This document shows, in pieces, positions 1 through 7,750 of a stretch of 50,296 bases of DNA. Numbering within the stretch: the stretch's first letter is position 1; each line of letters begins with the position of its first letter. The stretch spans positions 1-50,296 of the forward strand of contig JALXBY010000244.1 of NCBI GenBank assembly GCA_026991215.1, given 5' to 3'. Source of the DNA: Anaerolineales bacterium. GTDB lineage: Bacteria; Chloroflexota; Anaerolineae; Anaerolineales; DRMV01. The notes under the pieces were generated by a model that was not told the origin of the DNA, did not search any database, and saw only the letters and a list, made by a program, of their open reading frames with translations. A program made the translations under genes and the position numbers.

Positions 1-351
1 GCGCGCCTGGTCGGGAAAGGTCCGGGTATTGATGGGCTTGGCGATGTAGCCATCACAGCCGGCCTCGTAGCATTTGGCCGGCGTATCCCGGAGCACGTCC
101 GCGGTCAGGGCGATGATGGGCACCTGCTGGAACTCCGGACGGCTGCGCAGTTCCTGGATGAGGGTGAAGCCGTCCACACCGGGCAGGTGCAGATCCATGA
201 GGATGAGGTCCGGACGCGCGGTTTCCAGCAAGCGCCGCATGGCCTGGGCGTCCTCGGCTTCCAGCAGGTCGTAGCCCGCGGCGCTCAACAAGCGGCGGAT
301 GAGCATCCGGTTGGCGGGATTGTCCTCGACGTACAGAATCAAAGGCGGCAT
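1..351 (-). CDS. Response regulator receiver (CheY-like REC) domain protein, C-terminus cut by the window edge
   Basis: My own minus-strand translation from the ATG at 351 gives MPPLILYVEDNPANRMLIRRLL...DLILMDLHLPGVDGF...PIIALTAD...GYIAKP. These are the acidic pocket, phospho-acceptor Asp, and Thr and Lys positions of REC domains. GAGG lies 8 nt upstream. The ORF is missing from the track because it runs off the edge. Confidence 0.85.
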   Translation of the reverse strand, partial: MPPLILYVEDNPANRMLIRRLLSAAGYDLLEAEDAQAMRRLLETARPDLILMDLHLPGVDGFTLIQELRSRPEFQQVPIIALTADVLRDTPAKCYEAGCDGYIAKPINTRTFPDQAR

Positions 352-391
352 GGGCATCGCCTCGGCGGAAAAAGTTACGGGGCTTCCTGTT

Positions 392-400
392 AATATAGCA
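392..400 (-). promoter_or_regulatory. Possible extended -10 element (TGCTATATT on the minus strand) upstream of the response-regulator gene
   Basis: A TGnTATATT match lies about 40 nt upstream of the REC start codon in the 141-nt gap between the PRTase and REC genes. No good -35 is visible. Confidence 0.2.
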
Positions 401-492
401 CACCCGGTGCAGGATTGCGGAAGGAAACCTAAAAAGCAGATGAAACGCTCTGTTCCCCCTGGCAGCGGTTTTGGGGGGTTTTGCATTAAGGC

Positions 493-1200
493 TCAAGGGT
501 TGGGGGAAGACGCGACCCGACCGGCCCGCGCGAGCCAGTCCAGCAGGGCCTGGTCGTCCAGGTCGGTCCAGGTCTGGTAGGCTTCGGCCACCGCGTAGGG
601 GGTTTCCTCCCGGATGTTGGGGCAGTAGACGGTCTCGACCTGGCGGGCCAGATGCCACAGGGCGGTCTGGTGCGCGGTGGGCACGGCCAGGGCCAGTCGG
701 CCCGCGCCCGCGTTCCGGGCCACCCGGATGGCCACCTGCATGGTCGCGCCCGTGGCCAGGCCGTCGTCCACCAGGAACACGCTGTGCTGGCTCAGGTCGG
801 GCAGGGGCCGGGCGCCCCGCAGTACCTGCAAGCGGCGGGCAACTTTCTCCCGTGTCCGCCGGATATCGGCCTCGACCTCCGCGGGGGAAAGGCCCAGGTG
901 CTCCACCAGGGCCTCGTTGAGCATCAGGGTGCCATCCCAGGCCAGGGCGCCGTACCCCATCTCCGGGTTCCACGAAGGCGTGATTTTGCTCACCACCGCG
1001 AGTTCCAGGGGCCATCCGAGCCGTTCGTGCAGGGCCACGGCTACGGGCACCCCGCCGGCGGGGATGGCCAAAAGCAGCGGCCGGGGCCACCGGTCGGCTT
1101 CCATGGCAATCAACTCGGCCAGTACCTGCCCGGCGTGGTACCTGTCCCGGAAGACCCGTCGGCGGTTCCGCAGGTTGGGCAGGTCAATTACCCGCGGCAT
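493..1200 (-). CDS. Phosphoribosyltransferase-family protein
   Basis: 235-aa ORF with the PRPP-binding loop SVFLVDDGLATGATM. It overlaps the upstream cytidylyltransferase gene by 17 nt. Confidence 0.85.
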   Translation of the reverse strand: MPRVIDLPNLRNRRRVFRDRYHAGQVLAELIAMEADRWPRPLLLAIPAGGVPVAVALHERLGWPLELAVVSKITPSWNPEMGYGALAWDGTLMLNEALVEHLGLSPAEVEADIRRTREKVARRLQVLRGARPLPDLSQHSVFLVDDGLATGATMQVAIRVARNAGAGRLALAVPTAHQTALWHLARQVETVYCPNIREETPYAVAEAYQTWTDLDDQALLDWLARAGRVASSPNP

Positions 1201-1987
1201 GGGGTCCTTCCTCCTGCCCCAGGGATTTCAAGTACCCCTCGTTGCGGGGCACCCGGCGGGGCAACCGGGCCAGTTCGGGTTCGGCTTCCAGCAGGGCCAG
1301 GATGTCTTCCATGGTGAACAGGGGGGTATGGGGGTAAAGGCGGGCGTAGACCGCGCGGGCAAAGGCCAGGTCCTCCGGGTAGTCCACGGTCCAGCGCAGG
1401 TGGGCCAGGTTCACCGGCCCTTTCCAGGAAAACAGCCGGAAGCGGTGGGGCCGCTTCCATATATATGGGGTGACATGCTCCCGGTCCGCGGGGTGTACGG
1501 CCTCCTTCCAGGCGGTCGCCAGGGCCTCGAAGGTGAAGATTTCCAGGTCCAGACCCTCTGGATAGGTTGGCTCCAGGGTGTTGCTCAGGTAGTCCCAGGC
1601 GGGGTAGGTCTCCAGCCAGAAGCGGAGCATCAGGGTGAGCAAGCCGGGGTCCTTGAAGGGGTCGTCCGCGGTGATGCGGACGATGGTCCGGGCCTGGAAG
1701 GTTTTCGCCGCGTGGTAGAAGCGGTCCAGCACGTCTTCGGAACTGCCCCGGTAGACGGGGTATCCCAGCCGTTGGCTTTCCTCCACCAGGGCGTCGTCTT
1801 CGGGAAGCGTGGTGGTGGCCACGACCAGGCCGTCCAGGAGGGGGCACGCGGCCATCCGCTCCAGGATGTGGGCCAGCATGGACTTACCGGCCAGGGGTTC
1901 CAGCACCTTGCCCGGCAGCCGGGTGGACCCCATCCGGGCCTGGACGATGCCAATGACAGGGCGGGGCACAAGACGCAAGGCGGCCAT
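1184..1987 (-). CDS. Cytidylyltransferase-family protein (SpsF / acylneuraminate cytidylyltransferase-like)
   Basis: 267-aa ORF with the N-terminal motif GIVQARMGSTRLPGKVL, typical of CMP-sugar and SpsF-type nucleotidyltransferases. Confidence 0.8.
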   Translation of the reverse strand: MAALRLVPRPVIGIVQARMGSTRLPGKVLEPLAGKSMLAHILERMAACPLLDGLVVATTTLPEDDALVEESQRLGYPVYRGSSEDVLDRFYHAAKTFQARTIVRITADDPFKDPGLLTLMLRFWLETYPAWDYLSNTLEPTYPEGLDLEIFTFEALATAWKEAVHPADREHVTPYIWKRPHRFRLFSWKGPVNLAHLRWTVDYPEDLAFARAVYARLYPHTPLFTMEDILALLEAEPELARLPRRVPRNEGYLKSLGQEEGPHAAGN

Positions 1988-1990
1988 GGG

Positions 1991-2488
1991 TTACCTCTGG
2001 GCCCGCAACCACGCGGTGACCACCAACACGGCCAGAACCAGCACCTGCTGCCAGCGCAGGGAGCGAATCAGGCTGCGGCGCAGGGCTTCCTGGTCGCCTT
2101 CGGGGGCAGGCTGCCCGGCTTGCAGGCGTAAAGCCCAGCGTTCCCAGGCCGGCAGCCGGACCCATTGCAGGTAGGCCAGGCCCACGATCCAGGCCAGCAC
2201 CAGGATGTGCTTGAACAGCAAACCTTTGGCCCAGGGGGTGCTGAAGTTCAACGTGCCCTGGTACAGGGGGTGCTTGGTCATCTGGAACATCCCCGTAGCC
2301 CACAGCAGGGCCACGGCCATCCAGGTCAACCGCAGGAAGGCCCGGTAACGACGTATCCAGGAGGGGACCGGCTGTTGGGGGAGGAAGAGGATGCGCGTCA
2401 GGTCGAAGGCGGAAAGCAGGGCGCCCAGGCTCACCACCGTGGCGACCAGATGAATCCCATAGGCCAGGGCCAGCAGCCATGTCTCCAT
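1991..2488 (-). CDS. Integral membrane protein, unknown function
   Basis: 165-aa ORF with about four hydrophobic segments (LLALAYGIHLVATVVSLGALL, WMAVALLWATGMF, ILVLAWIVGLAYL, VLVLAVLVVTAWL). GAGG lies 8 nt upstream, and there is a 3-nt gap to the next gene. Confidence 0.7.
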   Translation of the reverse strand: METWLLALAYGIHLVATVVSLGALLSAFDLTRILFLPQQPVPSWIRRYRAFLRLTWMAVALLWATGMFQMTKHPLYQGTLNFSTPWAKGLLFKHILVLAWIVGLAYLQWVRLPAWERWALRLQAGQPAPEGDQEALRRSLIRSLRWQQVLVLAVLVVTAWLRAQR

Positions 2489-2504
2489 ACGGCCGGCCTC
2501 GCGT

Positions 2505-2660
2505 TCACTGAATCACCAGGGTCACCAGGAAGGAGATGACCAGAAGGATGCCAACGACCGTGAGGATGATGCGGTACCGTCGCTGTTGCCGCTCATAATA
2601 ACTCATGGTTTGGGTCTGCCGTTTGTTGCGCCGCTTTTTCCGCTGCTTTTTCTTGGCCAT
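2505..2660 (-). CDS. Small basic single-pass membrane protein (51 aa)
   Basis: The internal ATG of track ORF 2505..3176 gives MAKKKQRKKRRNKRQTQTMSYYERQQRRYRIILTVVGILLVISFLVTLVIQ, a Lys/Arg-rich head plus one TM helix. GGAG lies 8 nt upstream. The rest of the 223-aa ORF is antisense to the kinase gene and looks spurious. Confidence 0.5.
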   Translation of the reverse strand: MAKKKQRKKRRNKRQTQTMSYYERQQRRYRIILTVVGILLVISFLVTLVIQ

Positions 2661-2756
2661 GGCTGCGCTCCAGGGGAAATGGTGTAGGCTATTATACACG
2701 CGGCCCGGAACGGCCATTCTCCAGAGGAAGGATACGACGCCTCCGCCAAAAGGACG

Positions 2757-3134
2757 ATGTCTGCCATGGAAAAGCCCCCCGTTCGACCGCCCAGGCGTAT
2801 TGGCATCGTGGGGCCGTGCGGTGCGGGGAAGAGCACCCTGGCCCGGGCCCTGCAGGCTTTGGGGTTCCAGGCCAAGGCCATTGCCCAGGAGCATTCCCAC
2901 GTGCCCGACATGTGGCAGCGCCTCACCCGGCCCGACCTGCTGGTCTACCTGGACGCCTCTTTCGAGACCTGCACCCAACGTAAGGGCCTGCACTGGACGC
3001 GGGCCGACTATGAAGAAGAACTGCGCCGGCTGGCCCACGCCCGGTCCCACGCAGATATCTACATCCCCACCGACGACCTCAGCCCGGAAGAGGTGCTGCA
3101 ACGGGTTCTGGAGGCGCTGTTTTCCAGTTGTTGA
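2757..3134 (+). CDS. Small P-loop NTPase / nucleotide-kinase-like protein
   Basis: 125-aa ORF with Walker A IGIVGPCGAGKSTLARAL and a hhhhD-like LLVYLD. Its GC is high like the housekeeping flanks. Confidence 0.75.
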   Translation: MSAMEKPPVRPPRRIGIVGPCGAGKSTLARALQALGFQAKAIAQEHSHVPDMWQRLTRPDLLVYLDASFETCTQRKGLHWTRADYEEELRRLAHARSHADIYIPTDDLSPEEVLQRVLEALFSSC

Positions 3135-3144
3135 CCGTGGTCTG

Positions 3145-4260
3145 CTAACCCTGGAAGGTATCTGCCCGGAACCCAAAAATTGTCACAGCCCGTTGCAAGC
3201 GGGGTTCCCATACCGCAATGTGGGGGATGCGTCGCGCCAGGGCCTGTGCATACGTGCCGTAGACCCAGCGTGGCAGTCGGCCCCAAAGAATGACGGAACG
3301 CATGGCTTTGGGCCAGTTGGGTTCAGGTAAAGTGGTGGGCATGAGAAAGCCGCGAAGTTGGATTCGCAGAAGCCACCGTCCCGCGTCCACGGGCTCCATG
3401 TGAAGGAGCACGTCCTTTGTGCCTGAAGTATCCACCTGGGGCAGGTGGACCCATCCCAAATGGGCATCAAAGACCGCCATGGGAGCGGGCGCCACATGCG
3501 CCGCTATGGCCGCGGCCAGCCAGGTCGGTCCGCGACCGTACAGGGATACAGGTCCACGCGGAATCACTCGAAGCAGACGAGGGAGGTCCTCTGGAGTCCA
3601 CCAGGCAGGTAAAGGTTTCCCCAGGGTGCGGGCCAGCTCCCGCTCACTAAGGAACGGATACGGTGCGGTTTTCCGATGCAGGGCTTCCAGGTCTTCCTCC
3701 CGGAGGCGGAACAAGGCAAACACCCGGCGGGCTAAAGCCTCAAAGGTCTTTCCCAGGCGGGGATGGTGCCGGTCCAGCCCGGTAATGGTTCCGGTGAGAT
3801 ACGGATGCGTCCCCGCGAGGACATCCTCCCCCTGAAGGCGGCTTTCCAGGACAGCAAGGAGGGAGAGGTCCGTGGCGCGAATGTGGGCCATCCAATATTC
3901 CCGTTCCTCGGGTGTACGGTAAAGCAAGATACCGTGGGTACATGCCCGAAGGATTTCCCACTGTTCACCCCGTGGCCGTCCGCCCATATCCACCAGGAGC
4001 GGGGTGTGCCGGTGCTGGAGAAGCGTCACCATGCGTCGTACCAGGTCCGGCGTATAACGGCCTTTGGCCGCAAGACGCAGGGAGAGCACCTTATTTCGGG
4101 GCCCTTCATAAAACCAGTTCCCTTCGCCATCCGGCGCGGTGCGCAACAGATAATGGGCGAGACCCGCCCGATATAAACGCCGGCTGAGGTGATACGCCAA
4201 TACGGACTTGCCACTATGCGGTGGCCCCATGACCAATAAGGCGGGGAGATTTAAGCCCAT
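3145..4260 (-). CDS. csx3: P-loop NTPase fused to a C-terminal Csx3-like (cA4 ring-nuclease family) domain, preceded by a second partial Csx3-like motif
   Basis: 371 aa. It has Walker A GPPHSGKS (res 12-19) and Walker-B-like PLLVDMGG. Res 285-371 (LLHMEPVDAGRWLLRIQL...VILWGRLPRWVYGTYAQALARRIPHIAVWEPRLQRAVTI) matches, from memory, A. fulgidus Csx3 (...VVISGRGPIWLHCFLAHKYHHTPFVAVYDPRLGAVVV). A second copy of the motif, YGRGPTWLAAAIAAHVAPAPMAVFDAHLGWV, lies at res 241-271. Confidence 0.65.
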   Translation of the reverse strand: MGLNLPALLVMGPPHSGKSVLAYHLSRRLYRAGLAHYLLRTAPDGEGNWFYEGPRNKVLSLRLAAKGRYTPDLVRRMVTLLQHRHTPLLVDMGGRPRGEQWEILRACTHGILLYRTPEEREYWMAHIRATDLSLLAVLESRLQGEDVLAGTHPYLTGTITGLDRHHPRLGKTFEALARRVFALFRLREEDLEALHRKTAPYPFLSERELARTLGKPLPAWWTPEDLPRLLRVIPRGPVSLYGRGPTWLAAAIAAHVAPAPMAVFDAHLGWVHLPQVDTSGTKDVLLHMEPVDAGRWLLRIQLRGFLMPTTLPEPNWPKAMRSVILWGRLPRWVYGTYAQALARRIPHIAVWEPRLQRAVTIFGFRADTFQG

Positions 4261-4332
4261 GGCACCCCCTTTCCCTATATCGGCATGGTATCATTCAAAC
4301 ACATCATTTTGAGCCTCCGAAGAGGAAAAAAC
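4261..4332. promoter_or_regulatory. 72-nt divergent control region between the csx3-fusion gene and the CARF-LuxR / cas operon
   Basis: This is the only sizeable non-coding gap in the CRISPR island. It contains TGGTATCAT (extended -10-like, 4286-4294, + strand) and the direct repeat ATCATT-N7-ATCATT (4290-4308). GAGGA (4322-4326) lies 6 nt before the ATG at 4333. Confidence 0.35.
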
Positions 4333-5253
4333 ATGCTGGGGGAAAGGCTTCTGGCCTCCTTGGGAGGCCAACCTCAAATTTTGACTTTTACGTTGGATGC
4401 TTTGCTAGCACGGGGAATCCGCCCGCAAGTGGTGGAAGTTGTCTTTCCGGGAGGAAACCCCGTCTACCAAGCCGCTTTTCGTCGGCTTCAACGTGAATTT
4501 ACGCGCTATCAAGCATACCAATCCATTCCTTTGCAGGCCTGTAGCCTTACAGACCGAGACGGCCATCCTCTTCCGGATTTACTTTCTGATTTGCATTTAG
4601 ATGAAGCCTGGCAACAGGTGCGTGACCGCGTACGTACGCTGAAAGCCGAAGGTTGGCGTTTGCATTTTAGCATTACCGGCGGCCGCCGTGCGCTGGGCCT
4701 GATGCTCTACGCCGCGGCCATGACCTATGGCTCGCCCCAGGATAAGGTCTGGCACATCTACACCCCGCCCGAATGGCTGGCCCAGGTCAAGGATGGCGCG
4801 CGCATGCACCTGCCCCAGGGCACGGTGCGGTTGTTGGAGATTCCCTTCGTGCCCTGGACCGCGTATTTCCCCGGTTTGCGAAGCCTGTTGGAGATGTCCC
4901 CGGAAGTGTTGCGTCGGTTGATGGGGGAAGGGCTGGATGAGGAAACCCAACGCCGTTGTGCCCGGGTGTGGGCGCGGCTGACCCCTCGCCAGAAAGATGC
5001 GCTACGGGCCTTGGCCACCACGGAAACCCGGGCCGAAGCCGCGCGGGCCATGGGCGTCGACCTGGATACCCTGGATTCCCATCGCAAGGCCATTCTGCGG
5101 GTGTGCCGCGCGGCCTGGCCGGAGGCCAGGGTGGATTTGCGCTTTGTGCGCCGGGTCTTCCGGCTGTGGCTGACCGCCACTAACGGCCTCCCCACTTTGC
5201 GGGGAGATTTTCAGGAGGAGATGGGGATGGAAACTACGAATTTTTCCTCATAA
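4333..5253 (+). CDS. CARF (NE0113/TIGR02584-like) domain fused to a LuxR/FixJ-type HTH: predicted cOA-responsive transcription regulator
   Basis: The start is placed at the internal ATG with an SD; the track start at 4285 has none. N-terminal SLGGQPQILTFTLDAL and SITGGRRALG are the two hallmark CARF/NE0113 motifs. Res 216-257 (LTPRQKDALRALATTETRAEAARAMGVDLDTLDSHRKAILRV) fits the LuxR-type HTH pattern. Confidence 0.7.
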   Translation: MLGERLLASLGGQPQILTFTLDALLARGIRPQVVEVVFPGGNPVYQAAFRRLQREFTRYQAYQSIPLQACSLTDRDGHPLPDLLSDLHLDEAWQQVRDRVRTLKAEGWRLHFSITGGRRALGLMLYAAAMTYGSPQDKVWHIYTPPEWLAQVKDGARMHLPQGTVRLLEIPFVPWTAYFPGLRSLLEMSPEVLRRLMGEGLDEETQRRCARVWARLTPRQKDALRALATTETRAEAARAMGVDLDTLDSHRKAILRVCRAAWPEARVDLRFVRRVFRLWLTATNGLPTLRGDFQEEMGMETTNFSS

Positions 5254-5281
5254 AGTCATTCTTGGTCAGGGAGGTTTTGCC

Positions 5282-5449
5282 ATGGCGGATGAATGGCTGG
5301 AGCACCTTTTGGAAAGGCCTTCGTCCACGGCCCGCCAGATGCTGGAACAACGCACCGGCATGCAGGTTCTCTCCCTCAGCGACCTGCCGGCCTTTCTGGA
5401 AGCAGCCATGCGGGCGTGGGTGGAGGCGCAAGCCGAGCCCACATCCTGA
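5282..5449 (+). CDS. Hypothetical 55-aa acidic protein directly upstream of cas10
   Basis: My own translation gives MADEWLEHLLERPSSTARQMLEQRTGMQVLSLSDLPAFLEAAMRAWVEAQAEPTS*. GGGAGG (5269-5274) lies 7 nt before the ATG, and the stop is 15 nt before the cas10 ATG. It is below the 60-aa cutoff of the ORF track. Confidence 0.45.
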   Translation: MADEWLEHLLERPSSTARQMLEQRTGMQVLSLSDLPAFLEAAMRAWVEAQAEPTS

Positions 5450-5464
5450 ACTTTAGGAGGTTGT

Positions 5465-7090
5465 ATGAGCCAGAAAAACGTACTTCTCCAAGGCGATGTA
5501 GACGCCATCAAATCCTATGTATTTGAGGCTTCCGGGCTACCCCAAATTCGCGGTGGCAGTCAACGGCTCATCAAATGTGAGCAAGAAGTGGAAAAGTTGG
5601 TAGAACAGCGGGGAGGGCGCACGATTTATTGCGGAGGAGGTGGTTTCCTGTTTGAAATACCTGCGGACGAAGCAGAAAATCTCAAACGCGAAATCGAGCG
5701 CATCTACCTAAAGTACACCCAAGTGGCTACTGTGACGGTAGTGTATGAAGACGCTCCTGAGCTCCCTCTTCCCGAGCCAAACATCACGGATGGCTGGGCA
5801 GGTCGTCTGGTCAAGGCCCATCAGGAAGCCCAGAGCGCCGGCGAATTTGCCCGTCGCACCGCGTTCCTGGCCGCGAGGTTGCGGGAGGCAAAACAACAAA
5901 AGCAGGTCGTACCCTTTATTGAAGCCTTCCCCTTCGGTAAGCGGTGTGAGATTTGCGGTAAGCGGGTGGCGGAAAGGAAGGTGACTTACACCCAAAGCGG
6001 GATGTTTGAAACGAAACATGTGTGTCGTGTGTGTTACCGGAGACATCGCACAGGTCGTATATGCCGCCACCGTGGTTTTGAGCGATTCTTAGAGAAGAGG
6101 AGATATAACTTACCATCCACTCCTCCCAAGGATGTGAACGAACTGGCTGCAAGTGCACGACGCCCTTATGTGGCCTTTCTCTATGCTGATGGGAACAACG
6201 TCGGCGACCTGTTACAGAAGGTCAAAGACGAGAATGAATATGCAGTCCTATCCAAGGCCCTAACAGAGGGCACAGAACAAGCCCTGTACGAGGCCCTTTG
6301 GGAGGTCTGCCAAAAGCCACTGGAACAAGAGAAAGCCTGGCCCTTTGAAATCCTCAACATCGGCGGTGATGACGTTACCCTGCTTATACAAGCCGGGTAT
6401 GCCTGGGATGTGGCCGTGGCGTTTCTGGGGAAATTCGAGCAATATGTACAAGAGAAGGTGAAGGATAATCTCGGTTATTGGCCCGCGGCTTGGCCCATGC
6501 CTATTACCGCTTCGGTGGGTATTGCTATCGCCGATGCCAAACACCCCGTGTGGTATCTGGAAGCGCTGGCCACCGACCTGCTCAAGAAAGCCAAAGTCAA
6601 GGCCCGGCAGGCGGAAACAAGCGCCATCAACTTCCTGTGGTTGCCCAACGCCATTGCCATTACCAGAGCCGAAGCCGTCACCGAGCAATACAAAGTGGGC
6701 GATTTTCATCTGACCGCACGGCCTTTTACCCTGGCGCAAGCGAGAAAGATGCAAGATGTGGTCAATATCCTCGCTTCATGGCCCCGCAGCCTGCGCCATC
6801 GGTGGGGCAAGGCCCTGGAACGCGGGCGTTGGACCGCTCTCTCCCAAATCCTTTATGACCTGGCCCGACGGCGGAACGGTGAGCATCGTGAAAAGGTGGG
6901 AAGATTCATCGATGCCTTAGAAGACTTGGCCACGACGTTTCAGGCTGAGCGGGAAGACGAGGCCCCCATTTATCTCTGGTGGCCCACCGAGGAAAATGGG
7001 CGCCGCATCTGGAAAACGCCTTTGCTGGACGCCTTGGAACTGGCCGAACTTCGCGCCATGCGGTCGGATATTCAAGAGGAGGGCGACTAA
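5465..7090 (+). CDS. cas10: Cas10 large subunit, compact (541 aa), no HD domain, intact GGDD cyclase motif
   Basis: AGGAGG lies upstream. The N-terminus starts directly with the Palm1-type motif LLQGDVDAIKSYVF...IRGGSQRL. A treble-clef Zn finger is present (C161-x2-C164...C187-x2-C190; nt 5945-6034). The Palm2 motif is ILNIGGDDVTLL, with GGDD at aa 300-303 (nt 6362-6373). Confidence 0.88.
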   Translation: MSQKNVLLQGDVDAIKSYVFEASGLPQIRGGSQRLIKCEQEVEKLVEQRGGRTIYCGGGGFLFEIPADEAENLKREIERIYLKYTQVATVTVVYEDAPELPLPEPNITDGWAGRLVKAHQEAQSAGEFARRTAFLAARLREAKQQKQVVPFIEAFPFGKRCEICGKRVAERKVTYTQSGMFETKHVCRVCYRRHRTGRICRHRGFERFLEKRRYNLPSTPPKDVNELAASARRPYVAFLYADGNNVGDLLQKVKDENEYAVLSKALTEGTEQALYEALWEVCQKPLEQEKAWPFEILNIGGDDVTLLIQAGYAWDVAVAFLGKFEQYVQEKVKDNLGYWPAAWPMPITASVGIAIADAKHPVWYLEALATDLLKKAKVKARQAETSAINFLWLPNAIAITRAEAVTEQYKVGDFHLTARPFTLAQARKMQDVVNILASWPRSLRHRWGKALERGRWTALSQILYDLARRRNGEHREKVGRFIDALEDLATTFQAEREDEAPIYLWWPTEENGRRIWKTPLLDALELAELRAMRSDIQEEGD

Positions 7091-7750
7091 ATGGTGCATC
7101 TCAAAATCGCCTTGCGTCTCAAATGGCGAACCGCGTTCCACACCACAGGCAACCGCTGGCGATGGGGCGCGGACAAGGCCCTGGTCCAGCGATATGACGA
7201 CACCTATGTACTCCCTGCCACCTCCCTCAAAGGTGCCCTGCGAGACCAGGCTGAACAATTGCTACGTGGCCATGTGCACATCTGTAATGCACCCGACCCC
7301 GGTCAAATGTGCTCGGATCTTGAGAACTTGTGCTTAGTCTGTCGGGTCTTTGGCAACCCCCGGCGGCCTTCTCTCTTACGATTTCAGGACGGGGTTTTGA
7401 GGAGAAAGAATATAGGCGAGATAGAGACCCAAATCCGCGCCGGTGTAGCCATCAGCCGACGCCGTCGTGCAGCGGTTCCCCAGCGGTTGTATTTTGTGGA
7501 AACCACCGTGGCAGGCCCCGTGGAAGCCCAGACAGTTATCGAAGGCTTCTTTCCTTCTCAACAAGAGGCCGAAGAGGCCGCGGCCCTGGTAGTTTTGGCG
7601 GCCCGGATGCTCCCGGCGTTGGGCGCGGGGCGTACCCGCGGCCTGGGTTGGCTGGAAGCCATTGAGACCGAATGCACGATGGACGGCCAGCCGTTAGCCG
7701 GGACGGCGCTGGAACGCTATTGGAACCGGTGGTTAGGAGGCGGCCAATGA
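7091..7750 (+). CDS. cas7: Cas7-family RAMP (Csm3/Cmr4-like)
   Basis: The ATG immediately follows the cas10 TAA. Motifs present are GADKALV...LPATSLKGALRD, CRVFG and the glycine-rich loop GAGRTRGLGW. Confidence 0.85.
   Translation: MVHLKIALRLKWRTAFHTTGNRWRWGADKALVQRYDDTYVLPATSLKGALRDQAEQLLRGHVHICNAPDPGQMCSDLENLCLVCRVFGNPRRPSLLRFQDGVLRRKNIGEIETQIRAGVAISRRRRAAVPQRLYFVETTVAGPVEAQTVIEGFFPSQQEAEEAAALVVLAARMLPALGAGRTRGLGWLEAIETECTMDGQPLAGTALERYWNRWLGGGQ

Noticed and set aside
677-2131. 484-aa plus-strand ORF, and similar long ORFs at 16018..17427 (+), 18092..19327 (-), 24011..25084 (-), 53..1090 (-) and 2505..3176 (-)
   Set aside because: All are antisense or out of frame to genes with clear family motifs (PRTase, cytidylyltransferase, purH, CCA enzyme, tsaD, REC). 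They have low-complexity R/G/P/A-rich sequences and lack SD-linked starts, so they are high-GC artefacts.
2757-3134. The small P-loop kinase-like gene as part of the CRISPR island
   Set aside because: It is convergent with the csx3 fusion and only 11 nt away. However, it has flank-like high GC and a generic nucleotide-kinase Walker A, and it is not coupled to any cas gene. Treating it as host backbone is the more conservative reading.
7672-7746. N-terminal extensions given by the ORF track: csx10 from 7672, CARF-LuxR from 4285, tsaD from 23840, tdk to 20835, purH to 17565, CCA enzyme to 19620, cas11 from 8949
   Set aside because: The extensions overlap upstream genes, repeats or terminator hairpins and lack SD sequences. 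Internal starts with SDs or ATGA coupling give N-termini that begin at the conserved family motifs.
7091-7750. The 219-aa RAMP as the missing Cas6 crRNA endonuclease
   Set aside because: It has the Cas7/Csm3 pattern (Asp loop, LPATSLKGALRD, CRVFG, a single C-terminal G-rich loop) and sits in the canonical cas7 slot after cas10. Nothing suggests the double-ferredoxin Cas6 layout.
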